Shown: one piece after another, positions 49,578 through 58,307 of the stretch
How the letters are laid out: every line of letters begins with the position of its first letter
Position numbering within the stretch: position 1 is the stretch's first letter
Assembly: GCA_963733455.1 (NCBI GenBank)
Contig: CAVTDE010000006.1
Coordinates: forward strand, 218,373-282,372
DNA length: 64,000 bases
DNA from: an uncultured Bacteroidales bacterium
GTDB taxonomy: Bacteria > Bacteroidota > Bacteroidia > Bacteroidales > VadinHA17
Direction: 5' to 3'
Made by a program: the position numbers and the translations under genes
The notes under the pieces: model-generated
Database searches by the model: none
What the model saw: only the letters and a program-made list of their open reading frames with translations
Told to the model about the DNA's origin: nothing

Positions 49578-50440
49578 GGCAATAAGATCTCCCTTCCGAT
49601 AGCAGAGGCTATTTTCCTGAGATCGTCCATCATAAGATCAAATTCATCAAGGCTAAGCGATTGGGAGCCATCACACAAAGCCTGCTCAGGATTAAAATGG
49701 ACCTCGACAATCAGGCCATCTGCTCCGGCAGCTATTGCCGCTTTAGCCATTGAAGGAACCATCCATCTGAGACCGGTCCCATGACTTGGATCAACTATTA
49801 CGGGAAGATGGGTGAGACTTTTTAGCATGGGAACAGCGCTCAGGTCGAGCGTATTTCTTGTGGAAGTTTCGAAAGTGCGTATGCCCCGTTCACAAAGAAT
49901 AACCTGGTCATTACCCTGATTCAGAATATATTCGGCAGCAAGAAGAAACTCTTCAACAGTTGCCATCATACCCCGTTTGAGTAAGACGGGTTTCCTGCAT
50001 AATCCTGCTTCTTTCAGGAGAGGGTAGTTTTGCATATTTCTTGAACCGATCTGTATCATATCGGCGTACCCGGCCACCAGTTCCACCTTTCTTGTGTCCA
50101 TAACTTCCGTTACAACTGGCATTCCGATCTCTTTTTTAACAATACCGAGTAGTTTTAATCCTTCTTCACCCAAACCCTGAAAGTTATATGGTGATGACCG
50201 GGGTTTAAAAGCTCCTCCCCTGAGTATGCTGGCACCGCTTTTTCTTACACCACGGGCAGTTTCAAAAAGTTGTTCCCTGCTTTCAACTGCACATGGACCA
50301 GCAATTATAACCACCCCGCTACCACCGGCCTCAACTCCGCCAATATTCACAATAGTCGAGTCGGGTCTTGATACGCGGTTCACTCTTTTGGGAATTGGAA
50401 AATCAACATATGCCGGATTACTGCATGAATTTGTATCCAT
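49559..50440 (-). CDS. aroF: 3-deoxy-7-phosphoheptulonate (DAHP) synthase, type I-beta, lacking a regulatory domain
   Basis: [63 protein letters not shown]. Confidence 0.92.
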   Translation of the reverse strand: MDTNSCSNPAYVDFPIPKRVNRVSRPDSTIVNIGGVEAGGSGVVIIAGPCAVESREQLFETARGVRKSGASILRGGAFKPRSSPYNFQGLGEEGLKLLGIVKKEIGMPVVTEVMDTRKVELVAGYADMIQIGSRNMQNYPLLKEAGLCRKPVLLKRGMMATVEEFLLAAEYILNQGNDQVILCERGIRTFETSTRNTLDLSAVPMLKSLTHLPVIVDPSHGTGLRWMVPSMAKAAIAAGADGLIVEVHFNPEQALCDGSQSLSLDEFDLMMDDLRKIASAIGREILLPCASVL

Positions 50441-50461
50441 TTTATCCTTTTCTTTATATTA

Positions 50462-51772
50462 TTAGTATTTTGATTTACTGCCCGATTTAAAACTCTGGTC
50501 CAAAGGAGGCGCCGGAGAAAACACAAACTTTCCCTGGCGGACCTCGGCGAGCCAGATATCACCGATATCATTCCAGCTTTTGTCAAAGACGATCCTGCCC
50601 GTAATTCCCTGGTAATTCTGAAAGGTTTTAAGGTCGGAGAGGAGATCCCGAATCAGGACCCGGTTAAGCCCGGCCTTCTTGATTGCCTCTATTATGATAT
50701 TCATACCGTCATATGCGTGGGCCGCGAAAACGTCGGGTTCCTGACCAAATCTCCTTATGTAATCTGCCTGAAATGTTTTAAGTTTAGGATTGTCATCATT
50801 GGGATTATACTGGCATGTAGTAACAATGCCTTCCGCCAGAGGACCCACTATTTTCAGGAATTCAGGCGAGACTATCCTGTCGGAAGCATAGACTGGTTGT
50901 TTAAGTCCCAGGGCACGGATCTGCTGTAAGATCAATCCTGATTCCCTTGCGTTTCCCCAGATAAGGATAGCATCGGGGGAAACTTTTTTTATTCTCTCCA
51001 GCTGATCTCTGAAATCCGATTCGCCATCGTTAAACCTTTCCTCAATTACATAGGGATAACCCATTCGCGTGGCCGCATCGGCATATTCCATGACTCCAAC
51101 CCTCCCGTAGCGGTTGTTTGCCCTGATCATTGCTACTCGTGTATGTCCCTTTTTTTTATGCATGTATTCTCCCAGAACATAACCGCTCTGACGGTCGTCA
51201 CTTATGACCCGGATAGTCCACGGAATGTTGGTCTCAGTAAAGGTGGGATCAGGATCTCCTGTGCAGACCATAAAAATCTCCAGTTTTAGGGCTGCACGTA
51301 ATGCAATATGTGAAACATTATCATCGATAGATCCAAGGAATACCCATACCTTTTCATCGTCCATTTTAACAACTTCATTTGCTGCGGCACCCCATAATCC
51401 GGCATCATTGTGAGGCATTATTTTGAACGGAAGTCCCTTGTAGCCCCCCTTCCTATTTGCTTCTTCCACTGCAAGAGTAGCTCCCTGAAACATTTGTTTG
51501 CCCTGTGGTACCAGCACCGAGTTTGTCAATGGCCCGAGAAACCCTATTCTGACTTCCGTAAGATCTTTTGGCGGCTTTTTCTCTCGTCCCGCTCCATAAA
51601 ACAGAATAGGTTCAAGAAAATGATATCTGTATGCTTTCTGATATTTCTCATACGGGAAGAGCTCATCAGGTGCTTTGCCATAATTCACTTTCTTTTCCTG
51701 TCCTTTAAGAATGGCAAGAGACAGAAAAATTGTGCATGCTGTAACTGTTAAGGATCTGAAATTAAGTTTCAT
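50462..51772 (-). CDS. LivK/Peripla_BP_6-type periplasmic binding protein
   Basis: RIGFLGPL...GATLAVEEAN.KGG, AAHAYDGM, YQGITGRIVFD; signal peptide. Confidence 0.85.
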   Translation of the reverse strand: MKLNFRSLTVTACTIFLSLAILKGQEKKVNYGKAPDELFPYEKYQKAYRYHFLEPILFYGAGREKKPPKDLTEVRIGFLGPLTNSVLVPQGKQMFQGATLAVEEANRKGGYKGLPFKIMPHNDAGLWGAAANEVVKMDDEKVWVFLGSIDDNVSHIALRAALKLEIFMVCTGDPDPTFTETNIPWTIRVISDDRQSGYVLGEYMHKKKGHTRVAMIRANNRYGRVGVMEYADAATRMGYPYVIEERFNDGESDFRDQLERIKKVSPDAILIWGNARESGLILQQIRALGLKQPVYASDRIVSPEFLKIVGPLAEGIVTTCQYNPNDDNPKLKTFQADYIRRFGQEPDVFAAHAYDGMNIIIEAIKKAGLNRVLIRDLLSDLKTFQNYQGITGRIVFDKSWNDIGDIWLAEVRQGKFVFSPAPPLDQSFKSGSKSKY

Positions 51773-51776
51773 GGCT

Positions 51777-52985
51777 TTACAAGTTTGATTTCAGCAATTC
51801 ACCGCGGCTTACACCCCTGGAAGTAGCCACCCACAGCACATCATCTTTGGCATCAACACCAATTGTAAAATTATGTGAGATCGAAGGAGATAAAGTTATC
51901 TCTTTTACATCCGTTCCTCTGGTGATTATCGCTTTACCATTTTCATCATTATCATTTTTCTTATATGTGACCCATGTCTCGCCATCGGTGCTGCTTAATC
52001 CGTTGTCGCTGCAGACAAATACCACCGGGCCTTCGGCTCTTATAAAATTTATGAAATTGCTCGCAAGGCCACTGTCCTCCTTGAAGTAGCCTCTCCAGTT
52101 CTTGCCATCGTACCGGCTCATGCCAAAATAAGTAGAAACCCACAGAATGCTGTCGGCCCATGATGTTGCTGTAGTTATATCGTGAACAAGGCCGTCATCG
52201 CGCAGCAGGTCTATCTCCATTTCACCATCGGGGTCAGTATAATCCCTGAATTTTTTAGTTTCTGTGGTATACTCAATTACTCCGCCGCCCCAGGCAGCGA
52301 TGAAAATCTTTCCACCTCCCGCCGATACACCGTATGTCCATGGTTCATGCATCGGAGCGTTTTTTTCGGTGAAAATTTCCCATTCATTAGTGAAAGTGTC
52401 CAGATGACCGGCACCTCCGGCTGTAGCAACCCAGACATCTTTCCCGTCGCAGATAACGCAATATACCAGGTCGTTGGGAAGTCCGCTGTTGAATTGATTA
52501 TACGTTGTGAATTTCCCGGAAGACCACTTTGTCAGACCCCCAAACGTTCCGAGCCACACATCACCTGTCAGTTCACTTACATCGATAGAGACTATTCCGT
52601 TATGAGCAAGGCCATCATTGGTAGTGTAGGTTCGCCATTTCCCATTTTCGTAAACAGCCAGGCCGTCGTGGGTTCCTGCCAGAACACGATCACCGTCTAT
52701 CCTTACAGCATAAGCTTTATCGGAAGGGAGACCGTCTTTTGTTGTAAAGTTGCGCCAGTGCCCATAAACAGGTACTCCTTTGGACTTAATTCCAGAATTC
52801 TTACTGATGGGGGCATTCTGGTCGTTTTCATTTGAAGAAGTCAGGGAGGATCTTTCATTTATCCTTCTCTTACCGGCAGCTGAAGAATAGACTTTGCTTA
52901 CCAGTATCCCGACAACACAAATTACAAGCAGCAAAACCAGTATTATTGTACTTCGAACAGTTCTTCTATAAAAAAATTTATTCAT
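51777..52985 (-). CDS. Exported beta-propeller protein (two-component-regulator propeller repeats), stand-alone
   Basis: Repeated W..FTT.DGL.SD/HN...vW.gT.gGl blades; N-terminal TM/signal; no kinase domain. Confidence 0.78.
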   Translation of the reverse strand: MNKFFYRRTVRSTIILVLLLVICVVGILVSKVYSSAAGKRRINERSSLTSSNENDQNAPISKNSGIKSKGVPVYGHWRNFTTKDGLPSDKAYAVRIDGDRVLAGTHDGLAVYENGKWRTYTTNDGLAHNGIVSIDVSELTGDVWLGTFGGLTKWSSGKFTTYNQFNSGLPNDLVYCVICDGKDVWVATAGGAGHLDTFTNEWEIFTEKNAPMHEPWTYGVSAGGGKIFIAAWGGGVIEYTTETKKFRDYTDPDGEMEIDLLRDDGLVHDITTATSWADSILWVSTYFGMSRYDGKNWRGYFKEDSGLASNFINFIRAEGPVVFVCSDNGLSSTDGETWVTYKKNDNDENGKAIITRGTDVKEITLSPSISHNFTIGVDAKDDVLWVATSRGVSRGELLKSNL

Positions 52986-52996
52986 GGTCGTCCTGG

Positions 52997-55033
52997 TTAG
53001 TGTGAGGCGAATTTTGCCTGATATTTTTCTTTAGGGTCCTTATAATATTCCGGTCCGCTTAATGTTTTAAGGTACTCTACCAGCTGGTTAAGTTCAATCT
53101 TGGTAAGATCATTTGCCACACCATGCTTATCTTCAGGACTGTACTTTGTCCAGATTTCTTCCAGCGACTCAGCACGCCCGTCATGAAGGTAGGGTGAAGA
53201 GGCATAGATATTGTTCAGATGCGGTGTATCTAACAGCATTGAATCGTCGGATGCTGCAAGCGTTCCCACATCCGCCATTTTCAAATTGGTATAGTATGGT
53301 GGAGGATGACAGGTAATACAACGGTTTGAAGGAGGAATGATGTTGCCTCTGGTATCAGTTGTGCGTTCAAATATTGCTTTGCCTTTAAGCTGCATTTCTG
53401 TTAATTCACCGGTTGGGTTATACTGAAGATTAGGAGGATAATAAACATCCCTCATGATATAAGCCACAATTGCATCCAGATCCTTATAATTAAAGGCTTC
53501 GGTCCTGGTCAGAACTGTTGAAAAACGGATCCCGTCCTGCCTGTACACAGTCTGGTTTTTACCACTCCATTTGTATGGAGGAGTATCGCCAATTTCCCTT
53601 AACGATTGGGTATTCGTAATATTACGGCCCATATCCTTTGAAGCCATATTATAAACCAGGCCATCTTCATGAGTGTCGGGATGACATGTACTACATGAAT
53701 ACTGGGTCTGGAAAGTATGACCGGCATTGTTAAAGAGTCTGCGTCCCTGCCTGAAAACTGTTATCCTGCGCGGTCCGCCCAGATCAATGGTGTTTACTGT
53801 TTTAAGGCTTTGTGTGTTTATAACTGCTATCCTGTCCTCTAGATGTTCAGCAACGTATAACAATTTTCCGTCAGGTGATAGTGCAAGTCCTTTGGGATTC
53901 GCTCCCGTTGGAATTCTGGCAATAACGTACATGCTGCTTATCCCCAGATGATTAGGGTAAGTCTTGAGTGTGCCGGGGGTAGAATTGCTTATTAATTTTC
54001 TGACTGAATCGATATCAACTACGGAGATAACGTTTACGCCAGAATTTGATATAAAAGCCTTCTTCCCGTCAGGTGTGATCACAACATCGTAGGGATCGGA
54101 GTAATATGCATTTGGCTCATCAAGTAACAACTGAATTAATCTTCCATTTTCCTTTTGTTCAGCTATACAAATACCGTGAGTCATCATCCACCCACGTTCC
54201 ACCTGAATTGTCGGGATCAGGTTCTTCGGACGGATCATGGTCACAAATGCCAGGTCACCCTCCGGAGTGAAACTGACGTTTTCCATCATATATACGGATT
54301 CCACATCCCTGCGTTCAGTTACTCTCTGGTTCGTGTCACTGATAAATGTAAGTTCGCTTTTCAGTGGTTCACCATAAGGAGCAAAATTTGCGCGTCTGCT
54401 TGTTACTATCAGAGCTTTTCCGTCGGGAGACAACCGGATACCTGTGGGGTTATTGCCAAGGGTGATCCTTTTACTTTCTTCTCCGGTTTGAAGGTTAATA
54501 ACGGAAAGGTTTGAAGAGTAGGAATTTACCGTGTAAAGCGATTTTCCGTCTGTGCTTAATGCCAGACCTGCCGGGCCTCCGGCAGTTTTCAGGGAATCAG
54601 TTACTTTCAGCTGTTCCAGATCAATGACTGACACATTATCAGACCATTGGTTGCTGACATAAGCAAACTTCTCATCCTTACTCAGGATAACCCTGTAAGG
54701 ATGCTTCCCGACCTGAATTTTATGGATAACCTTATTTGCCCTTGTATCCGCAATCAGCAGAACATCACCCTCTTCGGCAACTATATACAGTTTAGATCCG
54801 TCTTTTGATACCGCTAAATTAAACGGAGAATAATAACCGGCTTCTGTAAACTTCCGGATTAACCTGTTTTTGCTTATATAAAGATGACATGAAAGGCAAT
54901 TTAACGGGTGATCCGTAACACCTGTCTTTGAATAAATATGTTCACCTGCCAGCTTACGTCCGGGGAAATGAATAAACAGCCCCACTGCAAAAAGTAAAGC
55001 AACACCCAATAATATTATATAAGGCCTCTTCAT
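52997..55033 (-). CDS. YVTN beta-propeller fused to a dihaem cytochrome c peroxidase/MauG-like domain (HzsB-HzsC-like architecture), three CxxCH motifs
   Basis: CLSCH near the N-terminus; YVTN blades (P.glalspDGk.lYv); CSTCHPD, NTQSL..I.DTPPYKWSG, CITCH, TPHL.NI....PYLHDG.A.SLEE. Confidence 0.82.
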   Translation of the reverse strand: MKRPYIILLGVALLFAVGLFIHFPGRKLAGEHIYSKTGVTDHPLNCLSCHLYISKNRLIRKFTEAGYYSPFNLAVSKDGSKLYIVAEEGDVLLIADTRANKVIHKIQVGKHPYRVILSKDEKFAYVSNQWSDNVSVIDLEQLKVTDSLKTAGGPAGLALSTDGKSLYTVNSYSSNLSVINLQTGEESKRITLGNNPTGIRLSPDGKALIVTSRRANFAPYGEPLKSELTFISDTNQRVTERRDVESVYMMENVSFTPEGDLAFVTMIRPKNLIPTIQVERGWMMTHGICIAEQKENGRLIQLLLDEPNAYYSDPYDVVITPDGKKAFISNSGVNVISVVDIDSVRKLISNSTPGTLKTYPNHLGISSMYVIARIPTGANPKGLALSPDGKLLYVAEHLEDRIAVINTQSLKTVNTIDLGGPRRITVFRQGRRLFNNAGHTFQTQYSCSTCHPDTHEDGLVYNMASKDMGRNITNTQSLREIGDTPPYKWSGKNQTVYRQDGIRFSTVLTRTEAFNYKDLDAIVAYIMRDVYYPPNLQYNPTGELTEMQLKGKAIFERTTDTRGNIIPPSNRCITCHPPPYYTNLKMADVGTLAASDDSMLLDTPHLNNIYASSPYLHDGRAESLEEIWTKYSPEDKHGVANDLTKIELNQLVEYLKTLSGPEYYKDPKEKYQAKFASH

Positions 55034-55036
55034 TTC

Positions 55037-56473
55037 TTATTCCAGTTCTATCTCCTTTTCATTCAGTTTTGATTTGTGCACAGGTATCACATGAGGAGGT
55101 TTACTTACTGAAAGGCAGTACCTGTTATCAGGAGCCAGCTCCTGATCTTCATGACAACCTGCACAGCCCCTTCGCTCATTTGGCCGTAAATAAATCCAGT
55201 CACAGGGTCCGTTAAGGACATTCCCCTTATCATCAATAGTTTGTATCCTGAACGGAATATCTGCCAGTACTTTTAAATAGAACGAACCATCAGTTTCAAC
55301 GTGGACGGTGCCAAGTAATGAATCAATTCCGATAACCTCAATCCGTGAAGCTTTTGGGACTGAAGTTCCCTCTGTAGCTGATCCGTTTGAACGGGAATTC
55401 ATGTCCTGGCATAGCAATAAGCCTGTTTTAACTCCCATATCAACTTCACTGGGTAGTTTCCTGGGCCGTTCATAAGTTTGAACCACGACAGCTTCAACCA
55501 CATCATAATCCGGATTATCATAAATCATCCCGGAAGTGACCTGTTTACCTCTGTCAAATTCATAAAGTGAATAATGATCTGAATCAGCGGGTTTGTAAGA
55601 GACCAGTAACCTCGTCGTATCAACAGGAAAAACATCCAGAAAGGTGCCTTTAAGTGCGTTGGTAAGATTGACCCTTGAATGCAACGGCCTTTTATAATTT
55701 ATAGATATTACATTTCCTTTGTCCTGGTTTATGGGATCTGATTCTATAAAAACCACTTTGCCATCGGGTGTTTCCCGGACACGGTTTAGCAGAACATTTC
55801 TTTCATGGCTTTTATAGAACATCTCCGCCTTTGTTCCATCGGGTCGCATCACTGTCAGAATGGCGTCTCCCTTCTCAGGGATCACTGGTCTGTCGATACA
55901 AACGATACGTCCGTCCTTTAAAATATCCGAGGCAAAATATACATCCGGAGTGAAAGAGATCTGATTAAGTCCTGACCCGTCAAGATTAATTGTACAAAGA
56001 GAATGCGTGGTTTTTAAAGTATCATTGTCTGTAAATTTACTGAATACAATCTTACCGCCGGGCAGGTAAGCAGGATCGATGCAGTTTTCAGTTGTTGTGG
56101 TTACCTGCCGTATAGAAGCATCCTTTAAATTCATTTCCCATATCTGCCATGGATCATTTTCAGTCTTTTGCCCGGCAAACAATAACCTCTTGGCATCCCA
56201 TGAGACTTCAGGCGACCGGGCGGAAAAGAAATCTCCGGAAATCACCTTGATTGATTTCACGGGGTTTTTAGGATCAAATGCAATTATTTGTGACTCAGGA
56301 ATATACCTCCATAAATCGCCTGTTATAAAGTTTTTAATCCCCATTTTCCCTCTGACCTGTGTCAAAATGATCTCCCCCTGGGTAATCCCTCTGGTGCATG
56401 ATGGAAGGAAGTATCCTGAAGCGACAAGACTTAATATGATAGAAAATAGGTTAAACTGTTTCCTGAATCTCAT
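55037..56473 (-). CDS. Hydrazine synthase alpha-subunit-like lipoprotein (TolB-like propeller plus HZS_alpha middle domain, one CxxCH)
   Basis: LPSC lipobox; PEVSWDAK.LLF, WQIWEM, DPAYLP.G.IVF, PDGTK blades; DGSFYLKV.ADIPFRIQTID..G...W.YLRPNERRGCAGCHE. Confidence 0.8.
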   Translation of the reverse strand: MRFRKQFNLFSIILSLVASGYFLPSCTRGITQGEIILTQVRGKMGIKNFITGDLWRYIPESQIIAFDPKNPVKSIKVISGDFFSARSPEVSWDAKRLLFAGQKTENDPWQIWEMNLKDASIRQVTTTTENCIDPAYLPGGKIVFSKFTDNDTLKTTHSLCTINLDGSGLNQISFTPDVYFASDILKDGRIVCIDRPVIPEKGDAILTVMRPDGTKAEMFYKSHERNVLLNRVRETPDGKVVFIESDPINQDKGNVISINYKRPLHSRVNLTNALKGTFLDVFPVDTTRLLVSYKPADSDHYSLYEFDRGKQVTSGMIYDNPDYDVVEAVVVQTYERPRKLPSEVDMGVKTGLLLCQDMNSRSNGSATEGTSVPKASRIEVIGIDSLLGTVHVETDGSFYLKVLADIPFRIQTIDDKGNVLNGPCDWIYLRPNERRGCAGCHEDQELAPDNRYCLSVSKPPHVIPVHKSKLNEKEIELE

Positions 56474-56485
56474 AAAAGGTTCATT

Positions 56486-58183
56486 TTAAGGTTCCCTGAC
56501 AGTAAGAATCTGGTTAGCACTGACATTTTCCAATACCTGAGTTTTGCCTGAAGGCCATTTTATTTCGATCTTATCTGCCATTACGTTTTTAGCGAGGCCG
56601 AAGTGTATCCTTGGATCATTCTGGGAGAGGTAGCCTGTCGTACTTCTTTTCTGGGTGGTCTGGGTTTTGCCTCCGGCGGTAAGTTTCACCCTTGCGCCGA
56701 TGCCGTCACGGTTACTTGTTTGTCCGACAAGATTAAGGATCAGCCAGTTATTTTGATTGCCCTTATTGTTTCTCAGGAACACAGCCTGGTCATTAAGATT
56801 CACAATAAAAGCATCAATATCGCCATCGTTGTCATAATCACCAAAACATGCCCCGCGTCCTACAAATTCTTTATCAAAATACCTTCCTCTTTCCCCTGAA
56901 ACATCCTTGAATTGTCCGTCCCCCATATTCTCGAATATCTGATCTTCCTGACCGTACAGGTGCTTCAGCGCTCCATTGGTTTTAAAGATATCAGGATCAC
57001 CGTCATTATCGTAGTCAATAAATGAGGAGGACCAGCCAACAAACTGTCCGGCAGCCATTGCGATGCCGGAAGGGTATGATTTATCACTGAAAACGCCATT
57101 CCCCAGATTCTCATACAGCGAACAGTATGAATCATCGGAAACGAAAAGATCCAGTAACCCGTCTGCATTGAAATCAGCAAAATCTACTGACATACTGATT
57201 GTAGCTTCCCCTGCCTGGCTGAATGCTGTTCCCGACATTGTTCCCCTGTCGGAGAATCCCTTACCCCCGTCGTTGTGCCAGAGGTAATTCAGTGAATGAT
57301 CATTTGCAACAAAAACATCTGTAAAACCATCGTTGTCATAATCAGCTGCTCCGACACCCATTGCCCTTCCGTCAATATCGGTGATCCCCATGGTTGAGGT
57401 GACATCTTCAAACAAACCATTCCCTTTGTTGTGATATAAAACATCCTTCTGGCTGTCATATGCCATCGGGCCCGGGAAACCGTCGGGGGCATAATAATAT
57501 TTGTATTGCGGATCAAAATAAAGGTAATTGCCAACGTACAGGTCGAGCAGTCCGTCATTATCATAATCAAACCAGGCAGCACCAACACTGCATTCATTTC
57601 CTCCGCTGACACCTGCGCGTTTTGTTACGTCCGAAAAGGTTCCGTTTCCGTTATTCTTTAACAAAATATTAGGGCCATAATTACTTATGTACAGATCGGG
57701 GAAACCATCATTGTTAAAATCACCTGCTGTCACGCCCATACCATATCCATGTCCGGCTGCACCTGCTTTCACTGTAACATCTTCAAAGGTTCCATCCTGA
57801 CGGTTATGATAAAGATGGTTATGAGGCAATTCTTCGGGCTTCTCGCCTTTACTGAATCCATCCAGCCATGTACCACTGCATGCATAGATGTCAATGTACC
57901 CGTCCTGGTCATAATCAAAAAAAGCCGCACCACCACCAACTGATTCTACGATGTTATTAAGATCCTTGTCCCCGATAGAGTGAACAAAATCCAGGCCGAT
58001 TGCCTGGCTGATTTCCTGAAAAAAATCATTATTTGCCACCGGGGCAGAGGCTGATTGTGGTTTTTTTACATTAGATGAATCATTTCCGGACTTGCATCCC
58101 GGAAGTATCAGAATAAGAACGAGAAGGAACTGTATGTGCCTGTACCCATTCCTTCTAAAGTAATTATTAAATTGTATACTCAT
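56486..58183 (-). CDS. CRTAC1-family FG-GAP repeat lipoprotein with ASPIC/UnbV domain
   Basis: LPGC lipobox, DYDNDG repeats, NRDGIGARV...GYLSQNDPRIHFGL...I.WPSG. Start moved to the ATG at 58183 because a -7 box overlaps the ORF-track start. Confidence 0.88.
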   Translation of the reverse strand: MSIQFNNYFRRNGYRHIQFLLVLILILPGCKSGNDSSNVKKPQSASAPVANNDFFQEISQAIGLDFVHSIGDKDLNNIVESVGGGAAFFDYDQDGYIDIYACSGTWLDGFSKGEKPEELPHNHLYHNRQDGTFEDVTVKAGAAGHGYGMGVTAGDFNNDGFPDLYISNYGPNILLKNNGNGTFSDVTKRAGVSGGNECSVGAAWFDYDNDGLLDLYVGNYLYFDPQYKYYYAPDGFPGPMAYDSQKDVLYHNKGNGLFEDVTSTMGITDIDGRAMGVGAADYDNDGFTDVFVANDHSLNYLWHNDGGKGFSDRGTMSGTAFSQAGEATISMSVDFADFNADGLLDLFVSDDSYCSLYENLGNGVFSDKSYPSGIAMAAGQFVGWSSSFIDYDNDGDPDIFKTNGALKHLYGQEDQIFENMGDGQFKDVSGERGRYFDKEFVGRGACFGDYDNDGDIDAFIVNLNDQAVFLRNNKGNQNNWLILNLVGQTSNRDGIGARVKLTAGGKTQTTQKRSTTGYLSQNDPRIHFGLAKNVMADKIEIKWPSGKTQVLENVSANQILTVREP

Positions 58184-58207
58184 AGCAATTGGGTTCAGCA
58201 AAGGATG

Positions 58208-58246
58208 CAAATATAAAGATAATCTGACTTCAATGTAACAAAGTTA
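58208..58246 (-). promoter_or_regulatory. Candidate promoter of the minus-strand cluster: two TAnnTTTG boxes in the divergent spacer
   Basis: The reverse strand reads TAACTTTG (58246-58239) and TATATTTG (58215-58208). Confidence 0.5.
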
Positions 58247-58307
58247 AAGTTGATTTGTTACTACATTAATCTAATCTGATTATTCCAGTATATCCGGATT
58301 AGCAGCT

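Noticed and set aside
52997-56473. Evidence that the organism performs anammox
   Set aside because: There is no hydrazine dehydrogenase or HAO-like octahaem gene in the window, the alpha-like protein is truncated and divergent, and the context is Bacteroidota.
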